Virus record (IMG/VR): IMGVR_UViG_3300028648_000132
Source of the DNA: a virus
Lineage: Duplodnaviria; Heunggongvirae; Uroviricota; Caudoviricetes
Length of the DNA: 64,000 nt
Reading direction: 5' to 3' (one strand)
The position numbers were made by a program, and so were the translations under genes. Shown one piece after another: positions 52,598 through 61,035 of the stretch. The notes under the pieces are model-generated. The model did no database searches and had not been told where the DNA came from. It worked only from the letters and a program-made list of their open reading frames with translations. Position 1 is the first letter of the stretch, and each line of letters starts with the position of its first letter.

Positions 52598-52963
52598 TCA
52601 GGCTTCCTTTCGGATGTTCGTGGTGCTCTCGGCGACCGATTTCATGGACTCGAACTGGAGTTGCGCTGGGTCGGTGCGGGTGACGTTGCCCTCGCGGTCG
52701 ACGAACCACAGGGACACCTGGCGGTCGGCCTGCGGCGCCTTGACATTCACGTCGTCCTTGATGACCAACATGGAGGTGTTGGCCTGCTCAGAAACGCTGA
52801 GCTTCAACGTGAGTGACCCGGCCTTGCCGGTCGCTCGGACGGCGGCAACAACTTCCCTGAGCCCTTCGGACAGCTCGTCGTGTACGCGGCCCTTCTGTAG
52901 TTCCCGCAGGAAGTCAGCGAACGGGCGTACCCGGTCCTCGTCCTCGGGGGCTGGAGTGGTCAT
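52598..52963 (-). CDS. hypothetical protein
   Basis: Start at MTTPAPEDEDRVRPFADFL (121 aa). Confidence 0.45.
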   Translation of the reverse strand: MTTPAPEDEDRVRPFADFLRELQKGRVHDELSEGLREVVAAVRATGKAGSLTLKLSVSEQANTSMLVIKDDVNVKAPQADRQVSLWFVDREGNVTRTDPAQLQFESMKSVAESTTNIRKEA

Positions 52964-52989
52964 ATGGGCGGTGTTCCTTTCGTGGGGTG

Positions 52990-53877
52990 TTACTTGGTGG
53001 GTGCGGGGATGGTGGCGAGGGCGCCGGTGCCGGGCCAGCAGCCCCACGGCGACATGCCCTTGTCCAGTGCCTTTGTGATGCAGTTCTGCACAATCACGTT
53101 GGGGTCGTTGGACACTGACGAGGAGAGGATGCGGTTGGCTTCGGCCTGCTCGGTGGCCGTCTTCTTCGCCTGCTCGGCCTTCGCAGTGTTCGCACGCTCC
53201 GCGTTCAGCTCGTTGATACGGGCCTCGGTGCCGTCGTCGTAATCGATGGTGGGGACGGCGACGTCCAGGATGTCGACCTGGTCACCTACCAGGGCGCGCA
53301 GCTTCTCGGACGCATCCTTGGCGAACGCCTCCAGCGGTAGTCCGTTGGCCCACTTGGTTGCCAGCGGGTCGAGCTTCGAGAACACGTCGTTGAGAGAGAC
53401 CTGGAGGTTGCGGGTGATCAGGTTTGTGCGGACGTTGTCGAACGACCGGTACTGCACGTACAGCTCGTCGGCGGCGTCCTGTTTGATCTGCCAGCGCACA
53501 GATACGTCAGCGTCCGCGGTGGACGAGTTGCCCAGACGGACCTTGATGCGGCCGGTGCCCTCGTATTTGTCGATCTGGACTGCTGCGTCCATCTCATCGA
53601 CCGTCGCCCACGGCTTCTTCCAGTGCAGACCGTTGGACAGGGTGTCGCCGGACGGCTTGCCGAATACCGTCTCGATACCGACCTTGCGGGTACCAACGAC
53701 GGTGAAAGAGCCGATCACGAGGACGAAGACGGCGATAGCCAAGGCGATACCGCCAATGAACAGTGTCACTACGGGGCCATCAGCACGCCGGTTGAATCGG
53801 CGGCCGACAAGCCCGCCTAGTAGCAGCAGTATCGCAATACTGCCGAAGATCAGGAATGTTACGAATTCCCAGGACAT
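52990..53877 (-). CDS. SPFH/band-7 (prohibitin/HflK-like) domain membrane protein
   Basis: Start at MSWEFVTFLIFGSIAILLLLGGLV with an AAGGAGA RBS. Two TM helices, then an SPFH-like core (VGTRKVGIETVFGKPSGDTLSNGLHWKKPWATVDEMDAAVQ) and a coiled-coil tail. Confidence 0.65.
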   Translation of the reverse strand: MSWEFVTFLIFGSIAILLLLGGLVGRRFNRRADGPVVTLFIGGIALAIAVFVLVIGSFTVVGTRKVGIETVFGKPSGDTLSNGLHWKKPWATVDEMDAAVQIDKYEGTGRIKVRLGNSSTADADVSVRWQIKQDAADELYVQYRSFDNVRTNLITRNLQVSLNDVFSKLDPLATKWANGLPLEAFAKDASEKLRALVGDQVDILDVAVPTIDYDDGTEARINELNAERANTAKAEQAKKTATEQAEANRILSSSVSNDPNVIVQNCITKALDKGMSPWGCWPGTGALATIPAPTK

Positions 53878-53881
53878 TTGG

Positions 53882-55090
53882 TTAGTTCTCCTTGTTGTTG
53901 AGTGCGGAGATGATGTCTGCCGCTTCTGACTCGGACAGGTCATTGATGTCCGAGATTTCCCTGCCGATGACCGACCAGAGGTAGGTGTACGTTTCGACAG
54001 CGGATTCCTTGAGGCGGAACGAGTACTTGGCATTGGCGAGAAGGCCGCGGACAGTACCGATGTCCTTCTTCGTTGCCAGGTAATCGCCGCGGCTGTTGAC
54101 CTCTGCTGGGTCACCCTCGCCGGGTGTTCCGCTGCCGGACGGCGGGATGGGGTCACCGCCGTCCGGCGCGGGGACCTCCTCGGCCGCGGGTTCTGTAGCA
54201 CCCGCACCCTGTTCCGAGTGCGTCACAGTTTGTGCCAGATCGCCGGTGGTCGTTGCCGCGGGGTCCGTCTTGGGAGTGGCCTTTGTTTCCGTTGCACGGG
54301 CGGTGATTTCGTCCTGGGTGGACTGTGACGCGGGCGGGAATATCTCGCGCTTGTCCATGCCGTCGCGGGTGATGGAGGTGTATGTGATCCCCATCTGGGC
54401 GATGTCTCCGGCGTCCCAGGCGCCGCGCTTCTTCCCGATCCTGGCCTCCATCTGGGCCTCGGTGACGCCGAGTTCCTGACGGAACTTGCCGACCATGGTT
54501 TCGATGCGGTCCTTGAGGGGGACGCCTTCGCCCTTCACCAACGTGTTGCGGCACAGGTCCTGCGCCATCTCGGTGAACCACTTCGGCAGCACCGACGAAA
54601 TGCACTCGCGTACAGCGCGAGCACCGGCGTTGTTGTTGTTGTTCGTGATGTCGCCGAGGTCGTTTAGCTCCTCGCGGCGCCCCTGCTTCATGCGGGCGTG
54701 CGGCACAATGAACGTGCGCGTGGAGCGCGTGTTGGTCTGGACGTCCCAGGCGAACGCCTGGATCTCGGACTCAGCTTTGAGGTCGTCGCGGTGCAGCTCG
54801 TTGACGCCGTATTGCACGTTGCCCCACAGCCGGGCCAGCTCACGCATCAGGTGCACGGAGGGGCCGGTGCCGCGGCTGGGCACCTGGTAGAACGCCTGTA
54901 CCGCCATGGCCATGCGGCTGCACGCGTCCCGCATTTCCGCCTCTGCGCGCTGGAGGTCACGGGGAATCTGTTGCGCCACAATGACTGCTGACTGAACCTC
55001 GGCGACCGCGCGGGACTGTTCCACCGATGTGGCTTGGCTGATCGCAGTGCGGGGTGCGGCGGCGACGGGCTGGTACTGCGTGACGGTCAT
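53882..55090 (-). CDS. recT: RecT-family single-strand annealing protein
   Basis: 402 aa. N-terminal core GPSVHLMRELARLWGNVQYGVNELHRDDLKAESEIQAFAWDV resembles RecT. Adjacent to a YqaJ-type exonuclease gene. Confidence 0.65.
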   Translation of the reverse strand: MTVTQYQPVAAAPRTAISQATSVEQSRAVAEVQSAVIVAQQIPRDLQRAEAEMRDACSRMAMAVQAFYQVPSRGTGPSVHLMRELARLWGNVQYGVNELHRDDLKAESEIQAFAWDVQTNTRSTRTFIVPHARMKQGRREELNDLGDITNNNNNAGARAVRECISSVLPKWFTEMAQDLCRNTLVKGEGVPLKDRIETMVGKFRQELGVTEAQMEARIGKKRGAWDAGDIAQMGITYTSITRDGMDKREIFPPASQSTQDEITARATETKATPKTDPAATTTGDLAQTVTHSEQGAGATEPAAEEVPAPDGGDPIPPSGSGTPGEGDPAEVNSRGDYLATKKDIGTVRGLLANAKYSFRLKESAVETYTYLWSVIGREISDINDLSESEAADIISALNNKEN

Positions 55091-55986
55091 TAGTCAAGGT
55101 CTCCTTCTTGCTGGTAGATGGCGTAGCTGGGCAGGGATATGGAATTGATGTCCTGGCCGTAGTCCGGCCAGTGGTCGTTGGCGACGCATTGCGCGTAGAG
55201 GTCGATGGCCTTGCGGTTGCGTCGTCGGCCGAGATCTATTGCGGCTGGGTCTAGTTCGTTGACCGACACGAGGTAGGGCGGGCTCTTCGACTGGACGATG
55301 AACACGAAAGCGGCATCGTCAGCTATCTCGCATGCCGCTAGCCCGTCGAGGTACCAGGGCGCCTGCATGTGGTACCCGTATTCGGCTGCTGCCTTGGCGA
55401 AGTGACCCGGGTGCGCCGATGTCGAGGTCTTGTAGTCGACAACCACCAGGCGGTGGCGGCCCGGATTGGGTAGCCAGTCGGGCCGGAAACGCAGTCGCAC
55501 GCCAGTTTCAGGGTCGTGCCAGTACCCGGACAGCTCAGGTGTTCCGTCTGCCAGCAAGATGCGGGCAATGGGGTGCTCGCGAACCTTCGCGGCCATGGCC
55601 TTTGCCTCTGCGACATCGTCGATGTGCATCGGTATCTGGCCGTTAGCGCGGGCCTCCTTCGCCGCCTCCTTCCACATGGTGGTTGACGTCGGCGAGTCGG
55701 ACACCTTGCCGTCTTTCGTCAACCCGTGTTCCTTCGGGTCTAGCGCGACGATCTCCCCGCCCTCGCCGAGGACGTATAGGTGGGCGGCGTGGCCGAAGTC
55801 GTACTCCTTCTTAGGTTTCCGCGGCTGGTCCTGGTAGTGGCGGAATATCGCCGGGCATGCCGGTGCCAGAAGCGCGCGGGCACCGGAGGAGGACAGGCTG
55901 CCGCGGTCTGCGTGGTACGCCTCGTCGGGGATACCGGCATACATGCCGTCCACGGCGGGGATCAGCTTGGTGACGGCGGCGGTCAT
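55090..55986 (-). CDS. YqaJ/lambda-exonuclease-like (RecE-like) PD-(D/E)XK exonuclease
   Basis: Start at MTAAVTKLIPAVDGMYAGIPDEAYHAD, overlapping the upstream stop (ATGA). DxK motif VVVDYKTSTS. Confidence 0.65.
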   Translation of the reverse strand: MTAAVTKLIPAVDGMYAGIPDEAYHADRGSLSSSGARALLAPACPAIFRHYQDQPRKPKKEYDFGHAAHLYVLGEGGEIVALDPKEHGLTKDGKVSDSPTSTTMWKEAAKEARANGQIPMHIDDVAEAKAMAAKVREHPIARILLADGTPELSGYWHDPETGVRLRFRPDWLPNPGRHRLVVVDYKTSTSAHPGHFAKAAAEYGYHMQAPWYLDGLAACEIADDAAFVFIVQSKSPPYLVSVNELDPAAIDLGRRRNRKAIDLYAQCVANDHWPDYGQDINSISLPSYAIYQQEGDLD

Positions 55987-56333
55987 GCGTTGCGACCTTT
56001 CGGTAGGTAGTTGTCGTGCAGGTAGATGTCGTGCAGAGGCAGCGCGATGGGGGTGTCGTAGACGTCCTGGCCGTGGGTGAGGGTGAGTCCCACTGCTTCG
56101 GCGTCCGCCGGGTTGGTGGTGACCCAGTGGTGGCAGTCGCGGCACAGGTGGACGATGTTGGCCGGATGCCATCGGCCGCCCTGTGATCGGTTGCGGCGGT
56201 GGTGCATATCGGTGCCGTGTTCCTTGCCGCACCACTCGCACCAGCCCATTGACCGGCCGCCGACGTGGTCCCGGGTTAGGGCCTCTGTCCAGTCGGTGAT
56301 GTACGGCTCTGACCAGATGTCGTCGGCGGTCAC
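55983..56333 (-). CDS. HNH endonuclease
   Basis: GTG at 56333 overlaps the upstream stop (GTGA). Motifs CEWCGKEHGTDMHHRRNRSQGGRWHPANIVHLCRDCHHW. Confidence 0.55.
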   Translation of the reverse strand: MTADDIWSEPYITDWTEALTRDHVGGRSMGWCEWCGKEHGTDMHHRRNRSQGGRWHPANIVHLCRDCHHWVTTNPADAEAVGLTLTHGQDVYDTPIALPLHDIYLHDNYLPKGRNA

Positions 56334-56518
56334 GCCGCACTCCGCCGTTCCCAAAGGTGTTTGACGCGTCGGGTCCACGGCTCGCACAGGTCGAACTTCT
56401 CGTGGGACATGGGGCAACGCGCAATGCCGTGAGGGTCGCGGTGGAGCAGCACATTGCCGTTCCGTGTGCTGTACACGGTTGCTCCGCAGACTGGGCACCT
56501 GCGGCGCCGTGTACTCAT
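56330..56518 (-). CDS. zinc-ribbon protein
   Basis: 62 aa with CPVCG...CPMSH. Confidence 0.4.
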   Translation of the reverse strand: MSTRRRRCPVCGATVYSTRNGNVLLHRDPHGIARCPMSHEKFDLCEPWTRRVKHLWERRSAA

Positions 56519-56730
56519 TCGTCGCCACCAGGCGCCTCACGAAGCACTTTGTCTCGCACCCACTTACGTGCCGCCGCGCGGGCTGCGGCGGTAGTTGGGA
56601 ACGGCCCGGGGTGGAAGTGCACGTTGCCCTTGTTGGAGAACCAGCGCCAGCTCCAACCACTACCGTCGGTGCGTTCCTGGGTAGTAATGGCGCCGGGTAG
56701 CGGCTGGGACTTCTTACGTGCTGTGCTCAC
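56515..56730 (-). CDS. hypothetical protein
   Basis: GTG at 56730 overlaps the upstream stop (GTGA). 71 aa. Confidence 0.35.
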   Translation of the reverse strand: MSTARKKSQPLPGAITTQERTDGSGWSWRWFSNKGNVHFHPGPFPTTAAARAAARKWVRDKVLREAPGGDE

Positions 56731-57515
56731 GCTGCCACCACTCCCTTCTTGCGTAGCCGCTTGAGCCGTGCCTCGACGGATTCTGTTGTGACGCCCATGC
56801 GTTCGGCGATCTGGTCGTTGGTCAGACCGAGATCCGCGTAGTCGCGGTAAAGATCGATCCACACCACGGCGCCGTCCCGCGTATGAGGAGTTGCATCCGG
56901 GTCATCTATCTCCTCGTCGCACCAAGCGACCGGCGGTGCCCACCCATTGCGCACCGCCACACGACGTGCGACGTCGGACGGGCCAGGCAGCTCCTGTAGC
57001 TCGCGGTACAGTGCGTCGACCTCGCGGGCGCGGCTGACCGTGACCCGCTTGGTGAACCCCGTCGCTACTTTGGACAGGCCGCCCACGTCGATGCCCAGGC
57101 GTATCGACAGGTGCTGTTGCGACCACCCAATGGCTGCCAGTGCGAGGACTCGGCGGCGCGTTCCTGTCGCGTCGATCCGTGCCCCTGCTGCCATCTGCGG
57201 CCCAAATGGGCATACGGGTATCGGGATGGCGAGCACCGCGGCGCGGGTGGTTCGTTTCACCAGACGTTGGTCTTCCTGAGTCAGGAAGTCGATGGCCCGA
57301 TGGGTCACCCCGGCAAGCTCTGCGATGCGGGATATACCGACACCGGCCGCCATGAGGGCGAGAATGCGGGTCCGGGTGTCATCCGCCGGTACGTGCAGTG
57401 GGCTCCAACGACCGTTGGAGACAGCGAGTCGCCGGTACTTGGCGTAGTGGGTGGGGCACAGTCCGCGGGCCTGTACCAACTCGGTGCAGTTCGGGCGGGT
57501 GCATTCCTTCCTCAT
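56727..57515 (-). CDS. multi-HTH DNA-binding protein with an N-terminal Cys4 finger
   Basis: Start at MRKECTRPNCTELVQARGLCPTHYAKY (ATGA overlap). Several HTH-like segments, including the sigma-70 region 4-like IAERMGVTTESVEARLKRLRKKG. Confidence 0.5.
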   Translation of the reverse strand: MRKECTRPNCTELVQARGLCPTHYAKYRRLAVSNGRWSPLHVPADDTRTRILALMAAGVGISRIAELAGVTHRAIDFLTQEDQRLVKRTTRAAVLAIPIPVCPFGPQMAAGARIDATGTRRRVLALAAIGWSQQHLSIRLGIDVGGLSKVATGFTKRVTVSRAREVDALYRELQELPGPSDVARRVAVRNGWAPPVAWCDEEIDDPDATPHTRDGAVVWIDLYRDYADLGLTNDQIAERMGVTTESVEARLKRLRKKGVVAA

Positions 57516-57766
57516 GACGCACGGTTCCTGCGACGCGCTTTGCGGGCCGCGCGGTTCCGGCGTCGCCGACGCTGGACCTCCTCCGCAGGCACTGTTCCGG
57601 CGTAGGTGTTGGACTGCCGTTGCAGCCCCAGGAAGGTGGCGTATGCGAGGGTGTTGGTCTTGGCGGCTGCCTGCACCCGTAGCCGCTCCATGGGAGACAG
57701 CTCGCTCTTTGCGGTCTCGATGTTCTTGCGCTCCAGCTCGTGGTGTCGTGCGACGGGGTCGTTCAT
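57512..57766 (-). CDS. hypothetical protein
   Basis: Start at MNDPVARHHELERKNIETAK (84 aa). The upstream part is artefact. Confidence 0.4.
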   Translation of the reverse strand: MNDPVARHHELERKNIETAKSELSPMERLRVQAAAKTNTLAYATFLGLQRQSNTYAGTVPAEEVQRRRRRNRAARKARRRNRAS

Positions 57767-58389
57767 TGGTCCTTCCCGGGGTAGAGGCGGCGGAAGCACT
57801 CGACGGTCGCGCGGGCGTCTCCCAGCGCGGTGTGCTCGGCCTCGTTGGTGACGCCGAGTAGTTGGCACACCCCGGCGAGGCCGGGTATGTCGTCGGGTGC
57901 GATGTTGAGAGTGCCTGCGGCGTAGGCGCATACGTCTGCGAGACGGTGATGCCATGGCGCCTCCACACGAGTGCTGCCACCGGGTAGCCGCGGCTCCTGC
58001 TGGAGCAGCCACTCGTAACCGATCAGCAGCATGTCGGCGTCAAACCGGGGGTTTGCGCCTGCCAGGGTCTGCCCTTGTAGCAGCTCGAAAACGTCTTGGT
58101 AGCAGCGGATTGACGTGTCGCGGTCAAGCTGGTCCTTGTACAGGCCCTGCTCGTAGTACATGTTGATCCGCATGGCTTCCCGGTCTGCCTTGCCCAGCTC
58201 ATCTCCGGTAATGAAGGGCACGAAGCGGATTTCGCGGCCGGTCTTGAGGTTCACGGCCGCTACCTCGACTGGAAGGTGGACATTCCGGTCCAGTCCGGTT
58301 GTTTCCAGGTCGACGACCCACACGTCGCGGCTCACGCAGTCCTCCAGCGGGATGCCTTGGTATATAGGTCGATGAGTGGCTGATGCCAT
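57763..58389 (-). CDS. DnaQ-like 3'-5' exonuclease (DEDDh)
   Basis: 208 aa. Exo I VVDLETTGL and Exo III HTALGDARAT motifs. Confidence 0.65.
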   Translation of the reverse strand: MASATHRPIYQGIPLEDCVSRDVWVVDLETTGLDRNVHLPVEVAAVNLKTGREIRFVPFITGDELGKADREAMRINMYYEQGLYKDQLDRDTSIRCYQDVFELLQGQTLAGANPRFDADMLLIGYEWLLQQEPRLPGGSTRVEAPWHHRLADVCAYAAGTLNIAPDDIPGLAGVCQLLGVTNEAEHTALGDARATVECFRRLYPGKDQ

Positions 58390-58631
58390 GGGCAGTAGGC
58401 GGATACGGAGAGGGCGATGACCCGTCCGGCGGCCTGGTCGGTGAACCCCCGTTGGTTGAGCGCGAGCCCGATGCTGTTGATGCCGTGGAAGGTTGGGTCG
58501 GCGCCTACAACGACGCAGACTGCGCCGCCGATGTCATTGGCGACGTCGTTGACCCTGTCGGCCGACGCAGGCGCGGCGGTCGCTAGCGCCAGCCCGGCAG
58601 CCATGGCGACGGTAGGAAGTAGGCGCATCAT
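58332..58631 (-). CDS. small secreted protein (DUF732-like)
   Basis: Signal peptide MMRLLPTVAMAAGLALATAAPASA, then a conserved Cys pair. An alternative start is Met10. Confidence 0.45.
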   Translation of the reverse strand: MMRLLPTVAMAAGLALATAAPASADRVNDVANDIGGAVCVVVGADPTFHGINSIGLALNQRGFTDQAAGRVIALSVSAYCPWHQPLIDLYTKASRWRTA

Positions 58632-59242
58632 GCTGCGGCCTCCACCAGCGCCGCGAGATTACGCACGCGGGGAACGCGGTCCTTGTAGATGTCTGGATAC
58701 TCTTCGGCCCGACGCAGATAGCTATCGAGCGCGCCTCGGAATCCCTCGCGCTCTTCGGCGGTGAGTACCGACCACTCGTCCGGCAGGGCCACGGCGGCGT
58801 CGCCATAGATCGCGCTGCTTCCGAGGTTGCCCCCGGGGTCTGTGATCACAGTCAAACTGGCCCGGCGGTCGTAGAAGGCGGCCTTGTAGAAGACGTTGAC
58901 GCGTTCTACGCCGCGGTCGTCGACGATGGTTGAGTGCATGGCGTGTTCGCTGCCCTTGCGTGACCACCCCTCCGGGAGGGTGGCGTGGACGAACAGCGAG
59001 TCACTCTCGACACTTTCGCCGCGTTGGAATCCCCACTGTTCCAGAACATCCCAACCATTGATGTCGAGCAATTCGTCGCCCTCGCCTGACCACACCCGCC
59101 CGGCGTCGGCAGGGAGGAGGTCGGACTTGAGGAGCTGCTGTTGCCCGGACCGCTCCATACCCTCGATGTAATTGGAGGTGTTGCCGTCCAAGCAGCCAGC
59201 TAGGTGCTCGATGGGGTGGCGTTTCGAGGTGTTCTCAATCAT
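58628..59242 (-). CDS. hypothetical protein
   Basis: 204-aa ORF. Confidence 0.45.
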   Translation of the reverse strand: MIENTSKRHPIEHLAGCLDGNTSNYIEGMERSGQQQLLKSDLLPADAGRVWSGEGDELLDINGWDVLEQWGFQRGESVESDSLFVHATLPEGWSRKGSEHAMHSTIVDDRGVERVNVFYKAAFYDRRASLTVITDPGGNLGSSAIYGDAAVALPDEWSVLTAEEREGFRGALDSYLRRAEEYPDIYKDRVPRVRNLAALVEAAA

Positions 59243-59388
59243 GCTGCTGCACCCCAGATTTCGGCCGGGTCGCCGTGCTTGGCGGCTAGCTCGTCCCAGA
59301 TTGGGTTAGGACTTAGGGGCGTCGGCGGCGGTGTCGGTTGGACACCGAATAGTGCGCGGCGCCACCACTTGGTTTCGCGTACGGGCAT
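59239..59388 (-). CDS. small hypothetical protein (49 aa), not in the ORF track
   Basis: AAGGAGA RBS before the ATG at 59388. Its TGA overlaps the downstream ATG (ATGA). Sequence: MPVRETKWWRRALFGVQPTPPPTPLSPNPIWDELAAKHGDPAEIWGAAA. Confidence 0.4.
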   Translation of the reverse strand: MPVRETKWWRRALFGVQPTPPPTPLSPNPIWDELAAKHGDPAEIWGAAA

Positions 59389-59419
59389 GGTCGTCTCCTT
59401 GTGCTGGGTAGGTGGCTGT

Positions 59420-59776
59420 TCAGGTGAGTGCTAGTTGTTGACTGCCGCCGAGGCGGTAGTGCATTTCCGCGACCCCGTCGGGCGTTAGGTAAATCTGTTT
59501 GGGGCGTTCTTTGGTTTGTCCTGTGGGCGTTTGGTATCCGCCTCCGTCATGGAGTGCGAGGTACCCGAGGGTCACGGACTCGGCGTAGGCGATCCAGCGG
59601 TGGTCACGGCCGCGGAATATCCATTCCTCGCGGGCCATGGCGTCGAATAGTTGGTCGCGGCCGACGGCGATTGCAGGGTCGAGAGATAGGAGGCGCGCAG
59701 CCTCGGCGACTGTTTGGTCACCCGTGATGTCCGTGAGATGCATTGGCAGCTCTGGCCGTTGATGGATGCGCGCCAT
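59420..59776 (-). CDS. antirepressor-like protein (KilAC/ANT-like domain)
   Basis: Start at MARIHQRPELPMHL. Core DQLFDAMAREEWIFRG...LTPDGVAEMHYRLGG resembles ANT/KilA-C domains. Confidence 0.45.
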   Translation of the reverse strand: MARIHQRPELPMHLTDITGDQTVAEAARLLSLDPAIAVGRDQLFDAMAREEWIFRGRDHRWIAYAESVTLGYLALHDGGGYQTPTGQTKERPKQIYLTPDGVAEMHYRLGGSQQLALT

Positions 59777-59780
59777 GCCA

Positions 59781-59876
59781 TCACCGGGCCGCCATGACGT
59801 TGACCGTGAGGACGGCGCCGAGAAATGCGCCGAACAGCAGCATCCAGAACAGCGGGACCACAACCTCGCGGATCAT
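59781..59876 (-). CDS. small hydrophobic peptide (31 aa), not in the ORF track
   Basis: GGAGG RBS, ATG at 59876 (MIREVVVPLFWMLLFGAFLGAVLTVNVMAAR), a single TM helix. Confidence 0.3.
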   Translation of the reverse strand: MIREVVVPLFWMLLFGAFLGAVLTVNVMAAR

Positions 59877-60155
59877 CTACTTCGCCTCCAAGGTCCGCAG
59901 GGCGTCAATCAGCCGCGCTACGAGCGTGAGTACCCGGCGTGCCGACTGGAGGTCTGCGGTGTTGATATCGCCCCAGTCGACGCCGAGATCTCGCCTGGCA
60001 GTGGCGGTTAGGTCCACCTTGATATGCGCCGGGAGCATGTGTGTGGGGTGCACGATGCGTGCGACAACATCCATGGTGGGCCGGGGCCGGACGCTCGACT
60101 CTGTGCCATCGGTCGCCCAGTTGCCGCCTCCTCCGCACAACGGAACGGCGGTCAT
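59877..60155 (-). CDS. hypothetical protein
   Basis: 92 aa. ATG overlaps the upstream stop. Confidence 0.45.
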   Translation of the reverse strand: MTAVPLCGGGGNWATDGTESSVRPRPTMDVVARIVHPTHMLPAHIKVDLTATARRDLGVDWGDINTADLQSARRVLTLVARLIDALRTLEAK

Positions 60156-61015
60156 CGGAGTACTTCCTGTGTTGGTGCGCCGACGAGCTGCGGGAAGTTG
60201 GTCTTGTTCCAGCCTCCCTTGGGCTGCTGCAACCGGGCCACGTGGTGGTCGGATAGCCAGTGGTTGAAGGCGGCGACGAAATAGCCGATGGCCTCGGCGT
60301 CGGGCATATTGAAACCCTCGCCACGGATGCGGTCGAACCTGTTGCGCAGTGCAAGGATTGGCGAGCCGATTTCGAGGCCGACGCCGTCGAGGGTGCGTTG
60401 GAAGAATTCGGATGTGACCTCCACGCCGTGGATGCGGCCGATGCCCGCGTAGACGGCCATGATGAGTCCGCGGCGCGCCTTGATGCGCGTGTAGTGGGTG
60501 CCGCGCCTAATCAACTCAAAGGTGTCGGGGTTGGCGAGGGTCCACTCGACAATCTCAGAGCTAGTGACCGAGCCTGTGGCGCGGTCGGTGTAAAACCAGC
60601 CGCGCTCCCAGATGATCAGCGTCTTGACGGCTGATGCGTCGGACTTGGAGGCGGTGATGCCGGACAGGTTGAGTTGGTCGCTGGGTGACCGTTTGGTGCC
60701 CTGGTCCATGGTGATCTGGGTTTCGGGCGGCAGGTTGCGGACTACGACCGAGTCGACGGACACACCGCACAAGGAGATGGCGTGGAGGCGGTGCTGACCG
60801 TCCAGCAGGGCGCCCTCGGTATCGAATTTGATTGCCTCGCCGTTCATCTGCCAACGGCCTGCCTCCATGTCGGCGGCCAGCTGGATGACCTTGCGCTCGT
60901 TGAGGGGGCGGTTGTGGGTGTTGAACTTGAGGTACGCGTCGGCGGTTGGGCCGTCGATGGTTTCGATGTCCGTCGTGATGGCCGGTGGCCGGTGCAGCGG
61001 TATAGCATTCGACAT
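60152..61015 (-). CDS. ParB-like nuclease domain protein
   Basis: Start at MSNAIPLHRPPAITTD. Motif KFDTEGALLDGQHRLHA (ParB N-terminal DGQHR). Confidence 0.6.
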   Translation of the reverse strand: MSNAIPLHRPPAITTDIETIDGPTADAYLKFNTHNRPLNERKVIQLAADMEAGRWQMNGEAIKFDTEGALLDGQHRLHAISLCGVSVDSVVVRNLPPETQITMDQGTKRSPSDQLNLSGITASKSDASAVKTLIIWERGWFYTDRATGSVTSSEIVEWTLANPDTFELIRRGTHYTRIKARRGLIMAVYAGIGRIHGVEVTSEFFQRTLDGVGLEIGSPILALRNRFDRIRGEGFNMPDAEAIGYFVAAFNHWLSDHHVARLQQPKGGWNKTNFPQLVGAPTQEVLR

Positions 61016-61035
61016 GAAGCAACTCCTTGTTGTGG

